From: an uncultured Verrucomicrobiae bacterium
Lineage (GTDB): Bacteria > Verrucomicrobiota > Verrucomicrobiia > Palsa-1439
Direction of reading: 5' to 3'
Assembly: GCA_963812605.1 (NCBI GenBank)
Contig: CAWEWF010000008.1
Location: 128,001-192,000, forward strand
DNA: 64,000 bases
Part shown: positions 43,804 to 53,757 of the stretch, in pieces
How positions within the stretch are numbered: position 1 is the first letter of the stretch
How the letters are laid out: each line of letters begins with the position of its first letter
The notes under the pieces: model-generated
Told to the model about the DNA's origin: nothing
The model's database searches: none
The model's input: the letters and a program-made list of their open reading frames with translations, nothing else
Translations under genes and position numbers: made by a program

Positions 43804-44448
43804 CTAAAAGATACTGCGCGGAACTGTGATTGTGTCGCCGGGCCGAACCGGCGGGTCCTTGGCCGGGTTTCGTTGCAAGGTCTCACAGTTGTAAATTTCC
43901 GTCTGCCCGCCGCGGACCAATTGTACTTTCTGACGGTTCGCGTAATCGGTAAAGCCGCTGGCGGTGCTGATGGCTTTCATCAAGGTCGTATCTTCGCTCC
44001 AAGGAAAACGATTGGGGTTTTTTACTTCGCCGCCCACGTAGAAGAACCGCGCCGATACCAGCACGGCTGCGGTGCAGCGCACATAGTAGCGCGGTACGTA
44101 ATTGGCCTGGATGCGTTCCGCCAACTCACCTGCCGTGAGTCCCGCGGCTTTGATCGACCCAATCAATGGAAGGGAAATGTTGCCGTCTTCGTCGATGGTG
44201 ACATCCGACGGCGCGGGAGTCACCGGCTGCGCTCCGCCGGTGTCGATGCGGACCACCACTTCGTCTCCCGTTCGCAGTCGCCCGGCAGCTTCATCGCCGG
44301 CCGCGGCGGTAATCTTCGAATTCGATGAGGACGATTGGCCAAAGAGGTTGTGGATGGTGCTGCATCCCCATGACAGGCTCAAGCCTGCCGCGAGCGCGAG
44401 CAGCCGGATCCGGAAAGCGTAACGATTGATCCATCGGGTGAAGATCAT
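43804..44448 (-). CDS. wza: Polysaccharide export lipoprotein (Wza/OPX family, SLBB domain)
   Basis: Lipobox LSWGC; IDEDGNISLPLIG; YVGGEVKNP; PGDTITVP. Confidence 0.85.
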   Translation of the reverse strand: MIFTRWINRYAFRIRLLALAAGLSLSWGCSTIHNLFGQSSSSNSKITAAAGDEAAGRLRTGDEVVVRIDTGGAQPVTPAPSDVTIDEDGNISLPLIGSIKAAGLTAGELAERIQANYVPRYYVRCTAAVLVSARFFYVGGEVKNPNRFPWSEDTTLMKAISTASGFTDYANRQKVQLVRGGQTEIYNCETLQRNPAKDPPVRPGDTITVPRSIF

Positions 44449-44517
44449 GAAGTCCGTTTTACCCGCAAGGCGGTGAATGATTTCATCCCAACGGAGGCGG
44501 CAAGAGACCGGCCTCTC

Positions 44518-46644
44518 CTAGTATTTCCCAGATAGATTAATTTCATCACTGTCCGATGGCTTTGCCGCCGCGACGGGCCGCGCCGTGCGCACGGGCGCCT
44601 CCTGGTAGTGCTCCACCTGGTCATGGTAGTAGTAATAGGTTTCATCATGGCCCAGTTGCACGTTGTTGACAACAATGCCGAGGAGCTTTCCACCCGCATT
44701 CTGAACCACCTGGACCGCGCGCCGCGCCATGTTACGCGGATACCGGCGATGCTGAATGACAAAGAGCGAGAAGCCAACCTCGCGCGCCATGATCGCGGCA
44801 TCGCTGACGCCGAGGATTGGCGGCGTGTCGTACAGGACAACATCAAACTGGCGTCCCACCTGTTCGATCAGATCCGCCATCCGGCGCGAGGTCAACAAGG
44901 GCAGCGCGTCCTTCGCGGTGCCGCCGGCGCCCCCCGCGATGGCCGAGACATTGGGAATCTCGGTCTTCTGGATGATCTCCTGGACGGTCTTCTGGCCACT
45001 GAGGTAATCGGCCAGACCGACGGCATTGGAAATCCGCAAGTCTTCGTGCATGGCGGGGCGACGCAGGTCGCTGTCGACAATGAGCACGCGGGCGCCGTGT
45101 TGCGCGTAGACGAAGGCGAGGTTGACGATGGTGAAGGACTTGCCTTCTCCCGCGCCGGCGCTGATCACGCACAGCGAAGTCAGTGCACCCGCCGGCTTGG
45201 CGAACTCGATGTTCGTGCGCATCATGCGATAGGCCTCGAGGTGGGCCATGGAAACGTTGCCCCGATGGAGCAATCCCTCCTGCTGTCCAACAACGCCAAG
45301 GACCGGCAACCCAAAATACTTCTCAACGTCTTCGATCTTCTTGATGCTGGTATCGAGAAACTCGATGAAGAACGCCAGCGCCACACCCAGCATCAAGCCG
45401 CCCGCGCAACCCAGGACCGTGTTGGACACGATGGCGGGACTAATGTAGGACTGCGGCAGCGGCACCTGGGCGGAATCGATCACTTCCACGGGACTGCGGG
45501 GCAAATCCACTTCGATCGTCGCCTGTTGAAGACGGGACTTCACACCTTCCTCAAGCTTCATCTCCAGCTCTTCTTCCCGCAGCGCGTTCCGGAAAGGGAG
45601 AAACTTTTCGCTTTCCAACGCGTAGCTGGCATTCTTGGCATCATCGTATCGCTTCTGCAGGTCGTCCATGCGGGCCTTGGCGACTCCATATTCCATCTCG
45701 ATGCCCTTCTTGATTCCTTCCAAATGGTCGTCGATCTGGTCCTCCAACTTGTCGCGCTGGGCAATCGTCGCCAGCACGGTCGGGTGTTCGGGTCCAAAAT
45801 CCTGCTTGAGGGTTTCCAGGCTCGTCTCCGTATCCGTCAGTTTCTGCAACAGCGACTGGACAGTGGGATCGACGATGAGCACGTTGATGGCGTTGCGCAA
45901 TTGTTTGGGCGTGAGCTTCTTCACGGCGTTGAGACGCGCCTCGCTCGTGATGGCCGCGTTGCGAGCATCGGACAACTCGCTCTCCAAATGCTCCATGGTG
46001 ACGTCGCTCATCTTGACATTTCCCACAACCGGAACACCCAATTCCTTGCGCAGCCGCTCGATCTTCTCCTGTACGACGCGGACCCGCTCCACCTGATTCG
46101 TCACGTCCTCGCGGAGCTTGTCGATTCCCTTTTGGGTCTGCTGCCGCTTCACCTCCAAGCGGTCGCTTTCAAAAACTTCTGCGATCTTGTTGGCGATATC
46201 GGCTGCCTGGCGACCATCGTGGTCGATAACCCCAATTTCAATAAGCGAGGTGTCCGGGTAGCGACGGACGACAAGTTGGCCTTTCAAGCGCCTCATGGCG
46301 ATGTCCTCGGACATACCCCACACGTCCTGCAATTTGAAGGCTTCAATGACCGGATAGAGGATCTTCTGCGATTGGATGATCTGGTACTGGGTCTGGAGGA
46401 AATACGGGTCATACCCGGTAGCCTGGGATGGTGCAAAAACGTCCACTGTCGGTTTCTCAGTCTCGACTTTAATGCGCGCCGAAGCCAGATACTTCTTCGG
46501 CAGCGAGAGCGAAACCGTGAAGGCAGTCAAGCCGGCCAGCAAAAACACCAGCAAAACAATCACTTTCCGGGTCTTGATGACCCGCCAGTAGTCGAGAAAC
46601 TGCAATCTCGATTCCTGTGAAGACGATGCCAGAGTTTGCTCCAT
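44518..46644 (-). CDS. wzc: Polysaccharide co-polymerase / tyrosine autokinase
   Basis: Wzz-like N-terminus with two TMs; EAYRMMRTNI; Walker A GAGEGKS; DSDLRRP; YDTPP; C-terminal Tyr cluster YYYY. Confidence 0.92.
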   Translation of the reverse strand: MEQTLASSSQESRLQFLDYWRVIKTRKVIVLLVFLLAGLTAFTVSLSLPKKYLASARIKVETEKPTVDVFAPSQATGYDPYFLQTQYQIIQSQKILYPVIEAFKLQDVWGMSEDIAMRRLKGQLVVRRYPDTSLIEIGVIDHDGRQAADIANKIAEVFESDRLEVKRQQTQKGIDKLREDVTNQVERVRVVQEKIERLRKELGVPVVGNVKMSDVTMEHLESELSDARNAAITSEARLNAVKKLTPKQLRNAINVLIVDPTVQSLLQKLTDTETSLETLKQDFGPEHPTVLATIAQRDKLEDQIDDHLEGIKKGIEMEYGVAKARMDDLQKRYDDAKNASYALESEKFLPFRNALREEELEMKLEEGVKSRLQQATIEVDLPRSPVEVIDSAQVPLPQSYISPAIVSNTVLGCAGGLMLGVALAFFIEFLDTSIKKIEDVEKYFGLPVLGVVGQQEGLLHRGNVSMAHLEAYRMMRTNIEFAKPAGALTSLCVISAGAGEGKSFTIVNLAFVYAQHGARVLIVDSDLRRPAMHEDLRISNAVGLADYLSGQKTVQEIIQKTEIPNVSAIAGGAGGTAKDALPLLTSRRMADLIEQVGRQFDVVLYDTPPILGVSDAAIMAREVGFSLFVIQHRRYPRNMARRAVQVVQNAGGKLLGIVVNNVQLGHDETYYYYHDQVEHYQEAPVRTARPVAAAKPSDSDEINLSGKY

Positions 46645-46837
46645 AAATGCGCTTAAATCAGCCTGTCAGAAGGCTGGACAATACACACCATGTTTTGTGC
46701 CAACGCAAGTAAAAAATCGGGCCAACTCCATGGCGGAGAGTGGCTAATGAAGGCAACAGACACACCCTCTTTTGACATTCCCCGGCTCCGTCTGTTCAAG
46801 AATTTCGCGACTTGTAGCGGATGGATTTCCAGCGGCT

Positions 46838-48160
46838 CTAATATATCAGGCTTACGCCAATGTTGACCTGATTGCGGGTATAGGGCTGGATTAAATTCAC
46901 GTCGGACGAAACCGACTGGGTGTAAAAGTAATCCAGGACGACCGACATCCAGTCCCGAAAGGCGTAGGTCAGACCAAGGTGGGCTGTCAACGCCTCATCG
47001 TTTGGCGTTACCGTGATCCCGGTCGGCCCGGTGAAAGTCGGGTTCTGAAACCCACCGACCGGTATGCGTGTCGTAGAGGTCTGGCCCAGCGGCGATACAA
47101 AAGAGCTATAAACATACGTGAGACCGCCGAGGGCGCGCAGCCTGGCGGTGAGCCGGTGACTGATTTGCAGATCAAGAGTGGTGTTCTGTTGGCCGCTGAA
47201 TTGCCGGGTGACTCCCACGGTGGCCTCGTTCAGCGATTGGGCCAGGGTGAGCGTAATGGTGTCGACCGGGCCATAATTGTAAACGAGTGATCCCAGCGCC
47301 GAAGGAGAAGTGCTCTGGGTCCCGTCCGCTGACTGTCGAATCGTATAGCCGCCGTTGAGGGTCAAAGACAGGCGCGGATTGAACCTCCGCACGACAGAGA
47401 GGTACAGCGTGTGTGAGACCGCGTTCAAGCCGTCGTTAATGCCGGGATTGACGAAAACATTTTGACCGTACTGATAGTTCAGCCCGACCGTGGTGCGCGT
47501 GTCCAGCAGGTAGAGCGTGGACAGGGTCGCCGAATAATCCTGATGATTGTTGTTACTGGCGATGGACGATTCCTGGTAATCCCAAATGTCCCAGCTTCCA
47601 TTGGCCGACACGGTCCACCTTGGCGCCAACGAGTAGGTTAGCCCTCCTCCGACGTCCTCGTAAATGTACGTCCCGGCCTGCACAACCGTTTGGGCCGCGC
47701 CGGCGGGTCCCTGGACAAGTTGTGGCTGAAGGGAACTGATGAAATTCTCGACAATGCTGAGCGTCAACCGCGGGTTGACCGTGTAAGTGCCGGCCATGTA
47801 AAGATTGTGGCTTTGGTTGACTCCGCCCAACTTAACGTCGCGCGGATAATTGACTGCGTAATCATATTGCATCCCCACAAAAAAACGTTCGAGCGGAACA
47901 TTCGCGCGCAATTTGACGTCGGAGTTGAGTCGGGTGCCCGTTTGCGGGTTCTTCTGGGCGGCGTTGAAGTTGTCATCGTACCCCACGCTCTCCGTGACGA
48001 CCGCGCCCCAGTTTCGGTTGGGATCGCCCGCATGCGTCAAGTCCCACTGGGCCAGGGAAACACGAGCCGACAGAAGCAATAAGAAGCACACCGTCCACTG
48101 GAACGGAACCCGCCAGCCTCGCTTCGCACGTTGCGCCCCTGGTGGCCCCCCGTGCACCAT
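46838..48160 (-). CDS. Outer-membrane beta-barrel associated with exopolysaccharide export
   Basis: ATG overlaps the mqnD TAA; signal peptide; GYDDN start motif; terminal YTRNQVNIGVSLIY; directly upstream of wzc and wza. Confidence 0.8.
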   Translation of the reverse strand: MVHGGPPGAQRAKRGWRVPFQWTVCFLLLLSARVSLAQWDLTHAGDPNRNWGAVVTESVGYDDNFNAAQKNPQTGTRLNSDVKLRANVPLERFFVGMQYDYAVNYPRDVKLGGVNQSHNLYMAGTYTVNPRLTLSIVENFISSLQPQLVQGPAGAAQTVVQAGTYIYEDVGGGLTYSLAPRWTVSANGSWDIWDYQESSIASNNNHQDYSATLSTLYLLDTRTTVGLNYQYGQNVFVNPGINDGLNAVSHTLYLSVVRRFNPRLSLTLNGGYTIRQSADGTQSTSPSALGSLVYNYGPVDTITLTLAQSLNEATVGVTRQFSGQQNTTLDLQISHRLTARLRALGGLTYVYSSFVSPLGQTSTTRIPVGGFQNPTFTGPTGITVTPNDEALTAHLGLTYAFRDWMSVVLDYFYTQSVSSDVNLIQPYTRNQVNIGVSLIY

Positions 48161-48996
48161 TATTCGACGAACTCCAAATTTACCGGCCGCGGCACGAGTG
48201 CCGCGTGATAGGCGCGAGTGAGCAGCAGCGCGATGGCTTCGCGGCCCTTCGATCCCATGTCCAGCGTTAATGGATTCACGTACATCGCCACAAACCGATC
48301 CGTGGTAGCAGCGTCCATGCCGCGTCCGAACTCTCCGGCGTACGCAACGGCTTCCTCGCGATGGTCGAGCGCGTAGCGAATACTGGCAGTCAATAACTCC
48401 GAGATCTTCCGCATCAACTGTTTGCCAAGGTCTTTGCGCACACCGTTCACGCCCAGCGGCACCGGCAGCCCCGTGTCCGCATACCACCAGGCGCCGAGAT
48501 CGACGATTTTGTGCAGCCCCATCTTCTCATACGTGATTTGGCCCTCGTGAATGAGCAACCCCGCGTCCAACTCGCCGCCCTTGACCACGTCCATGATCTT
48601 GTCGAAAGCCACGACCTCGAACTTGAAATTCATCAGCAACAGCTTCAACAGCAGATACGCGCTCGTCATCGTACCGGGCACCGCGATCCGGTCGTCCGCC
48701 AGTTCTCCCACGTCCATCGGTTTTCGCGCCACCACGATCGGCCCGCACTTGTCTCCAAAACTCCCGCCGCTCGCCAATAACGCGTACTTGTCCATCACAT
48801 ACCCGTAGGCGTGCACGCTCAGCGCCGTGACTTCCAACTCGCCCTCGACCGCCAGGTGGTTCAGGCTCTCGATATCCTTGATCACGTGGGTGAACGTCAA
48901 TCCGGCGGTGTCCAGCTTGCCGTGGGTCAGTGCGTAGAACATAAACGCGTCATCCGGGTCGGGGCTATGGCCGATGCGAATCTCTCGTGGCTCCAT
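48160..48996 (-). CDS. mqnD: 1,4-dihydroxy-6-naphthoate synthase (futalosine menaquinone pathway)
   Basis: GHSPDPDDAFMF, DIESLN, GLLIHEGQ, DLGAWW, PVPLG, MYVN. Confidence 0.9.
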   Translation of the reverse strand: MEPREIRIGHSPDPDDAFMFYALTHGKLDTAGLTFTHVIKDIESLNHLAVEGELEVTALSVHAYGYVMDKYALLASGGSFGDKCGPIVVARKPMDVGELADDRIAVPGTMTSAYLLLKLLLMNFKFEVVAFDKIMDVVKGGELDAGLLIHEGQITYEKMGLHKIVDLGAWWYADTGLPVPLGVNGVRKDLGKQLMRKISELLTASIRYALDHREEAVAYAGEFGRGMDAATTDRFVAMYVNPLTLDMGSKGREAIALLLTRAYHAALVPRPVNLEFVE

Positions 48997-49091
48997 GGGA
49001 TAAGTCCTCCTAAATAGGTTGCCAAAAGTTTGAGTGGTTGTTAATTCTAGGGCCTCACTCGGCCGTTTGCACGAAGAAAAATCTCGATTTC

Positions 49092-50207
49092 ATGAAAAAC
49101 GCCAACAAATTCCGCCGCTTCTCACGCCTCGACCCCCGGCCGATCACCCGGGGGATGAAAGCCTCACGACTGGTTACCGACACGTTCCAGGCCTACAATG
49201 CCGCCCGCCTCCGCGAAGGCTGCGAGTTGTTTGCGGGGAAGATGTTGCCGCGCAACGGTCTCATTGGCGTCAGTCTCACGGGCGCCCTCGTGCCCGCCGG
49301 GCTCGGCAAATCCTGCCTCATTCCCCTCATCAAGGCGGGCTTCATCGACTGGATCATCACCACGGGCGCCAACCTCTACCACGACATCCATTATGGACTC
49401 GACATGAAGCTGTACCGCGGGTCGCCGTTCCTCGATGACGTCGAACTGCGGCAGCGCCAGATCATCCGCATCTATGACATCCTGTTCGATTACCGCGTCC
49501 TGCTCGATACCGATGCGTTCATTCGCCAGGTCATCAACGGCCCGGAGTTTCAGCGCTCCATGGGCACGGACGAGTTTCACTATCTCCTCGGCAAGTACGT
49601 CTACCGGCGCGAGAAGAAACTCGGCCTGAAAGACACCTCGCTCATTTCCGTCGCCTACCAATACGGCGTCCCGTGTTTCACCAGCAGTCCCGGCGACAGT
49701 TCCATCGGCATGAACGTCGCCGCCATGAGCCTGGCCGGCAATAAACTCCAATTCGATGTGAATCGCGATGTCAACCAAACCGCCGGCATCGTTTATGACG
49801 CCAAGCGCAACGGTCGCAACTCCAGCGTGTTCATCCTCGGCGGCGGCTCACCGAAAAATTTCATGCTGCAAACCGAGCCGCAAATCCAGGAAGTCCTCGG
49901 GCTCGATGAGAAGGGCCACGATTATTTCCTCCAGATCACCGATGCGCGTCCCGACACCGGCGGTCTCTCAGGCGCCACGCCCGCCGAAGCGGTCAGTTGG
50001 GGCAAGGTTGATCCCAAGAAACTCCCCGACGCGGTTGTTTGCTACGTGGATAGCACGGTCGCCCTGCCGCTGATCACCTCGTACGCCCTTGACAAGGTCA
50101 AACCGCGGAAACCGAAACGCCTCATCGACCATCGCGACCGCATCATTCAACGGGTCGCTCGCGACTATGAAAAATCACCGTTCTATAAGAAATTTCTCGA
50201 CCGCTAA
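49092..50207 (+). CDS. Deoxyhypusine synthase-like protein (homospermidine synthesis)
   Basis: [43 protein letters not shown] with the catalytic Lys. Confidence 0.9.
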   Translation: MKNANKFRRFSRLDPRPITRGMKASRLVTDTFQAYNAARLREGCELFAGKMLPRNGLIGVSLTGALVPAGLGKSCLIPLIKAGFIDWIITTGANLYHDIHYGLDMKLYRGSPFLDDVELRQRQIIRIYDILFDYRVLLDTDAFIRQVINGPEFQRSMGTDEFHYLLGKYVYRREKKLGLKDTSLISVAYQYGVPCFTSSPGDSSIGMNVAAMSLAGNKLQFDVNRDVNQTAGIVYDAKRNGRNSSVFILGGGSPKNFMLQTEPQIQEVLGLDEKGHDYFLQITDARPDTGGLSGATPAEAVSWGKVDPKKLPDAVVCYVDSTVALPLITSYALDKVKPRKPKRLIDHRDRIIQRVARDYEKSPFYKKFLDR

Positions 50208-50240
50208 CTGTACGGCAAGTGCTTAGCTTGCCAATCATCG

Positions 50241-51128
50241 ATGAAAATCAGCGACATCCTCAAAACCACGCGGCCCACGATTTCCTTCGAGTTCTTTCCC
50301 CCGAAGAACGACGAGGCGATGGCCAATCTGCTGGAGACACTCGCGCGCCTCCACGAGTTGCGCCCGTCATTCGCCACCTGCACGTACGGCGCCGGTGGCG
50401 GTACTCGGGCCCGGACGCTGGAAGTGACGCTGAAGATCAAGGAACAGTTCGGCCTTGAAGCCATGGCGCACTTCACCTGCGTCGGCCAGACGCTCAAGGA
50501 CATCGACGGCGTGTTGGAGAATTTCGCCGGACACGGGATTGAAAACGTCCTCGCCCTCCGCGGCGACCGACCGTCCAACCAGCCCGAACCGCCCGAAGGC
50601 TGGTTTCCCGATTTCAAGAATGCCGTGGACCTGTTGCGCCATTTGCGCAAGCAATTCGGCAATACCTTCAGTCTTGGCTGCGCCGGCTACCCGGAGAAAC
50701 ATCCCGAATCGCCCGATTTCGAGACTGATTTGCGAAGGTTGAAGGAAAAGGTCGATGCTGGCGCCGATTTCATCATCACGCAGCTCTACTTCGACAATGA
50801 ACACTTCTTCCGCTTCGTGAAACGCTGCCGGGAAATCGGCATCACTGTGCCTATCATCGCCGGTATCATGCCCGTCACGAACGTGGCGCAGATCAAGAAG
50901 TTCACCGCCATGTGCGGCGCGTCCGTGCCCGACAATATGCTCGGTGATCTCGATCCGATTGCCGAAAACGCCGACGCTGTCACAAAATACGGCATCGACT
51001 GGTCCACCCGTCAATGCCGCGAACTCCTCGCCGCCAAAGTCGATGGCCTGCACTTCTACACCCTCAACAAATCCCAGGCCACCCGTCAAATCGTCGAAAA
51101 CCTCCGCCGCGAAGGCGCGCTGAAGTAG
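50241..51128 (+). CDS. metF: 5,10-methylenetetrahydrofolate reductase
   Basis: SFEFFPPK, TYGAGG, LALRGD, AGYPEKHP, ITQLYFD, GIMP, HFYTLN. Confidence 0.96.
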   Translation: MKISDILKTTRPTISFEFFPPKNDEAMANLLETLARLHELRPSFATCTYGAGGGTRARTLEVTLKIKEQFGLEAMAHFTCVGQTLKDIDGVLENFAGHGIENVLALRGDRPSNQPEPPEGWFPDFKNAVDLLRHLRKQFGNTFSLGCAGYPEKHPESPDFETDLRRLKEKVDAGADFIITQLYFDNEHFFRFVKRCREIGITVPIIAGIMPVTNVAQIKKFTAMCGASVPDNMLGDLDPIAENADAVTKYGIDWSTRQCRELLAAKVDGLHFYTLNKSQATRQIVENLRREGALK

Positions 51129-51179
51129 GGCGAGCGTCCCGCTTGCCGTCGTTGGTAGGGCTCGCTCTCCGAGCGAGCC
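51125..51179 (+). repeat. Two tandem GTAG-type REP-like palindromes
   Basis: GTAG-GGCGAGCG-TCC-CGCTTGCC (51125-51147) and GTAG-GGCTCGCT-CTCCG-AGCGAGCC (51155-51179) at the metF stop. Confidence 0.6.
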
Positions 51180-51264
51180 GTTCCTGAATTGGGGAGTCTG
51201 CTTCACTTCACGGCACAACAAACACAGGCTTGCTGGGAGGCGGGAACACGTTTAAGATAAGACC

Positions 51265-51474
51265 ATGAAGGAAATCACGTTGCTGGTTGAACGCGACGAC
51301 GAAAGCGGCTGGCTGGTGGCAAGCTGGGACGCGCCGGATAACGGCGGCGGCATCACCACCCAGGGCAAGGATCTCAGCGATCTACAAGCCAACGTGCGCG
51401 AGGCCGTGCGTTGTCACTTCGGCAAGGGCAAAGCGCCGCGCGCTGCCGGAACACATGTCTTGGTGGTGGCGTAG
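51265..51474 (+). CDS. Small HicB-like antitoxin-family protein
   Basis: MKEITLLVERDDESGWLVA..GITTQG.DLSDLQANVREAVRCHF, an RNase H-like HicB pattern; no HicA adjacent. Confidence 0.65.
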   Translation: MKEITLLVERDDESGWLVASWDAPDNGGGITTQGKDLSDLQANVREAVRCHFGKGKAPRAAGTHVLVVA

Positions 51475-51489
51475 GCGTCCCTGCCTGCG
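51466..51489 (+). repeat. REP-like palindrome GTGG-CGTAGGC-GTCCCT-GCCTGCG
   Basis: Tetranucleotide foot plus hairpin overlapping the stop of the HicB-like ORF. Confidence 0.45.
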
Positions 51490-51614
51490 TATGTCGACCT
51501 GGACGGGCGCCGCGTCGCTTCAAGCAATTCGCCATTACCGATGGCGTGCTTCAGTGGAATGATTTTGACCTCGTCTTCCCCATGGCCGACCTCTACGACG
51601 GCGTGATCCGGTAA
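51490..51614 (+). pseudogene. DUF2442-like antitoxin C-terminal fragment
   Basis: FKQFAITDGVLQWNDFDLVFPMADLYDGVI with no proper N-terminus. Confidence 0.5.
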
Positions 51615-51775
51615 CGCCGTTCTCCGCGATTGCTGTTGCCCAGCTAGCTTGCCTGCCAACCGTAGCCCTTGGCGAAGCCCGGTTGAGGCATCTTGCCCTT
51701 GCGGCCTACAACACCTTCGTGTGCTTCGTGACTTCGTGGTGAATCCCTGGGGACGCGTCCATCTGACCGCAAGCC

Positions 51776-53518
51776 TCACGGCTTCTCAAAGAATTTCAGG
51801 GCAATTAGCGCTAGGCCGTTGTTCAGGATGTGGATGACGATGGGCAGGCCGAGCGAGTTGGCTTTCCAGCGTGCCCAACCCAGCAAGATGCCGAGACAGA
51901 AAATCGGAATGAAATACACCACCTGAAGATGCACCAGGGCAAAGAGGAACGAACTGCCCAGGTTGCCCCGAAAACGCGGAGCCGCTTTTCCAGGGCGCCA
52001 TAGATCAGGCCCCGAAACAGAATCTCTTCGACAATCGGCCCGACGATGACGATGGAAAGGAACGCGGCCAGTGGATTGGCATTCAACGCGTACTTGATGA
52101 GCGGAATGGCCTGTTGAATCGTCGCGGGCCAATGCAGCAAACGCTCGACCCCCTGCGCGCACCAGGATCCGAACCCCAACGTCAGGCCCAGTCCGAGGAA
52201 CGACACTGCCATAACCTTTACCGTTCCCAGCCGCAGGGGCCAGGAAAAGGGTTGACCCCAGGGCTGTCGTGCAAAGGCCCGCGCTGGCGGCGACAATCAC
52301 CGGGATCCCGGCCAGGGTAATCCCGAACAACAAGTTCTCGGATATTTTGATCCAGGACAGCAGCGCCAGGCAAAAGATCAGCGCGATTTGTCCCTGGAAG
52401 AACACGACCAGCCATCCCAGGGAGAATCCGAGACCGGGAAATGTGTCCGTGGAAATCTTGAAGCTGGAGCGCAAAAGAGCGGTCAACCCCATGAGGTAAG
52501 AGACCATGAGCGCACTGCCGCCAAGGGTAAAAACGATCGGATACAGCCGATAGGCCTTTTCGTATTGTGACGAGAGCAGATAACAACAGAATAGCGACCG
52601 TCGTATTGTTTGGTCATCGCCCTTGACTTCCGCGGCCTTCTCAAAAGTTGCCGCGGCTTCGTCAAATCGCCCGCTCCACAGCAGGCATACGCCGCGCCAC
52701 TCATAAGCTTGCATATCCTCCGGATCGATCTGGACCGCTTCCCGGAAAGCCCTGGCCGCTTCATCGTAACGATTGAGCGCCGCGAAGCTGCGGCCCAGCC
52801 AGTAATCGGCGTCACTATTGGCTGGCTGCAACAGAGCGCTTTTTTGAAGAGAATTGATTGCGGCCTGGTATTCCCTTTCGCGATAGTGGCTGATCCCCAA
52901 CCAGTAATGTGCCCGTGAATCCTGCGGATCCAGTGACAGTCCCTTTTCGAAACTTCTATCGGCTTCGCGATAGCGCCCGAGATTCTCCAGGCAATAACCC
53001 TGCGCGACATGGTAAATCGAATTGGTCGGATTGATGTTGATGGCCTGCCGACAAGCCTTCTCGGCCTCGCCATAACGTCTCAGTCGAGCCAGGGAATAAT
53101 AAAGCTCGTAATAGGCCCGGTCATTTCGGGGATTCAGCGAGATGTATTTTTGATAGGCGCCCGCGGCCTTCGTGTGGCTTCCCAACGATTCATAAACCTC
53201 GCCCAGGTAAAACCAGGTGTTTGTCCGCTGGGGTTCCAACTCCAGCGACTTCTCGTAGGCAACGCTGGCTTCCTGCCGCTGATTCAATCGCGCCAATGTG
53301 TATCCCCACCACGCGTAGGCCGAGGAATTCGTCGGCTCGGCCTCGGAAGCCAAACGAAACGAACTCTCCGCCGCGCTCCAGTTGTTGGAGGCCAATTCGG
53401 CGTGTCCGCGTTGGATCAGTTCGGCTGCCGAAAGCGCGCCGATCTCCTCGCCCAAGGCGCGCGTAGCGAGCAGCGCCAGCAAGAGAAGACTGGACCAACG
53501 GAAAAAGACCCTCGTCAT
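51776..53518 (-). CDS. Periplasmic TPR array fused to a CPBP (Abi/CAAX) intramembrane metalloprotease (frameshifts near 52283 and 51960)
   Basis: Signal peptide; about 9 TPRs; TMs; GPIVEEILFRG (in ORF 51823..52296), LFALVH, IHILNN. Confidence 0.85.
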   Translation of the reverse strand: MTRVFFRWSSLLLLALLATRALGEEIGALSAAELIQRGHAELASNNWSAAESSFRLASEAEPTNSSAYAWWGYTLARLNQRQEASVAYEKSLELEPQRTNTWFYLGEVYESLGSHTKAAGAYQKYISLNPRNDRAYYELYYSLARLRRYGEAEKACRQAININPTNSIYHVAQGYCLENLGRYREADRSFEKGLSLDPQDSRAHYWLGISHYREREYQAAINSLQKSALLQPANSDADYWLGRSFAALNRYDEAARAFREAVQIDPEDMQAYEWRGVCLLWSGRFDEAAATFEKAAEVKGDDQTIRRSLFCCYLLSSQYEKAYRLYPIVFTLGGSALMVSYLMGLTALLRSSFKISTDTFPGLGFSLGWLVVFFQGQIALIFCLALLSWIKISENLLFGITLAGIPVIVAASAGLCTTALGSTLFLAPAAGNGKGYGSVVPRTGPDVGVRILVRAGGRAFAALARDDSTGHSAHQVRVECQSTGRVPFHRHRRADCRRDSVSGPDLWRPGKAAPRFRGNLGSSFLFALVHLQVVYFIPIFCLGILLGWARWKANSLGLPIVIHILNNGLALIALKFFEKP

Positions 53519-53757
53519 GACCACGGAAAGTACACTCGTTCGAGCCGAATATATAGCCAGGGATTCATTGCGCGTCAGCATCCCAACCCCTCCGTCCAAA
53601 AAAACCTTTACACACCGCCGCCAGTGAGTACACTCACTAGTAACTGAAATAAACACGCGCGCGGGGCGCAACGCTGGAGTCGGCCCTCGACCTACCCGGA
53701 TTTCGAAGTTCGACTCAAGCAGTGCTCCCCGGCGAATATATTGATTAAGGAAGTTTT

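Noticed and set aside
44608-46620. 670-aa ORF on the + strand
   Set aside because: Antisense shadow of wzc with no recognisable motifs. The same applies to other long antisense ORFs such as 12839..13924, 16261..17316 and 38085..39020.
46685-46712. Sigma-54 promoter upstream of wzc (TGGCAC on the - strand)
   Set aside because: The -12 element reads ATGG rather than TTGC; insufficient support.
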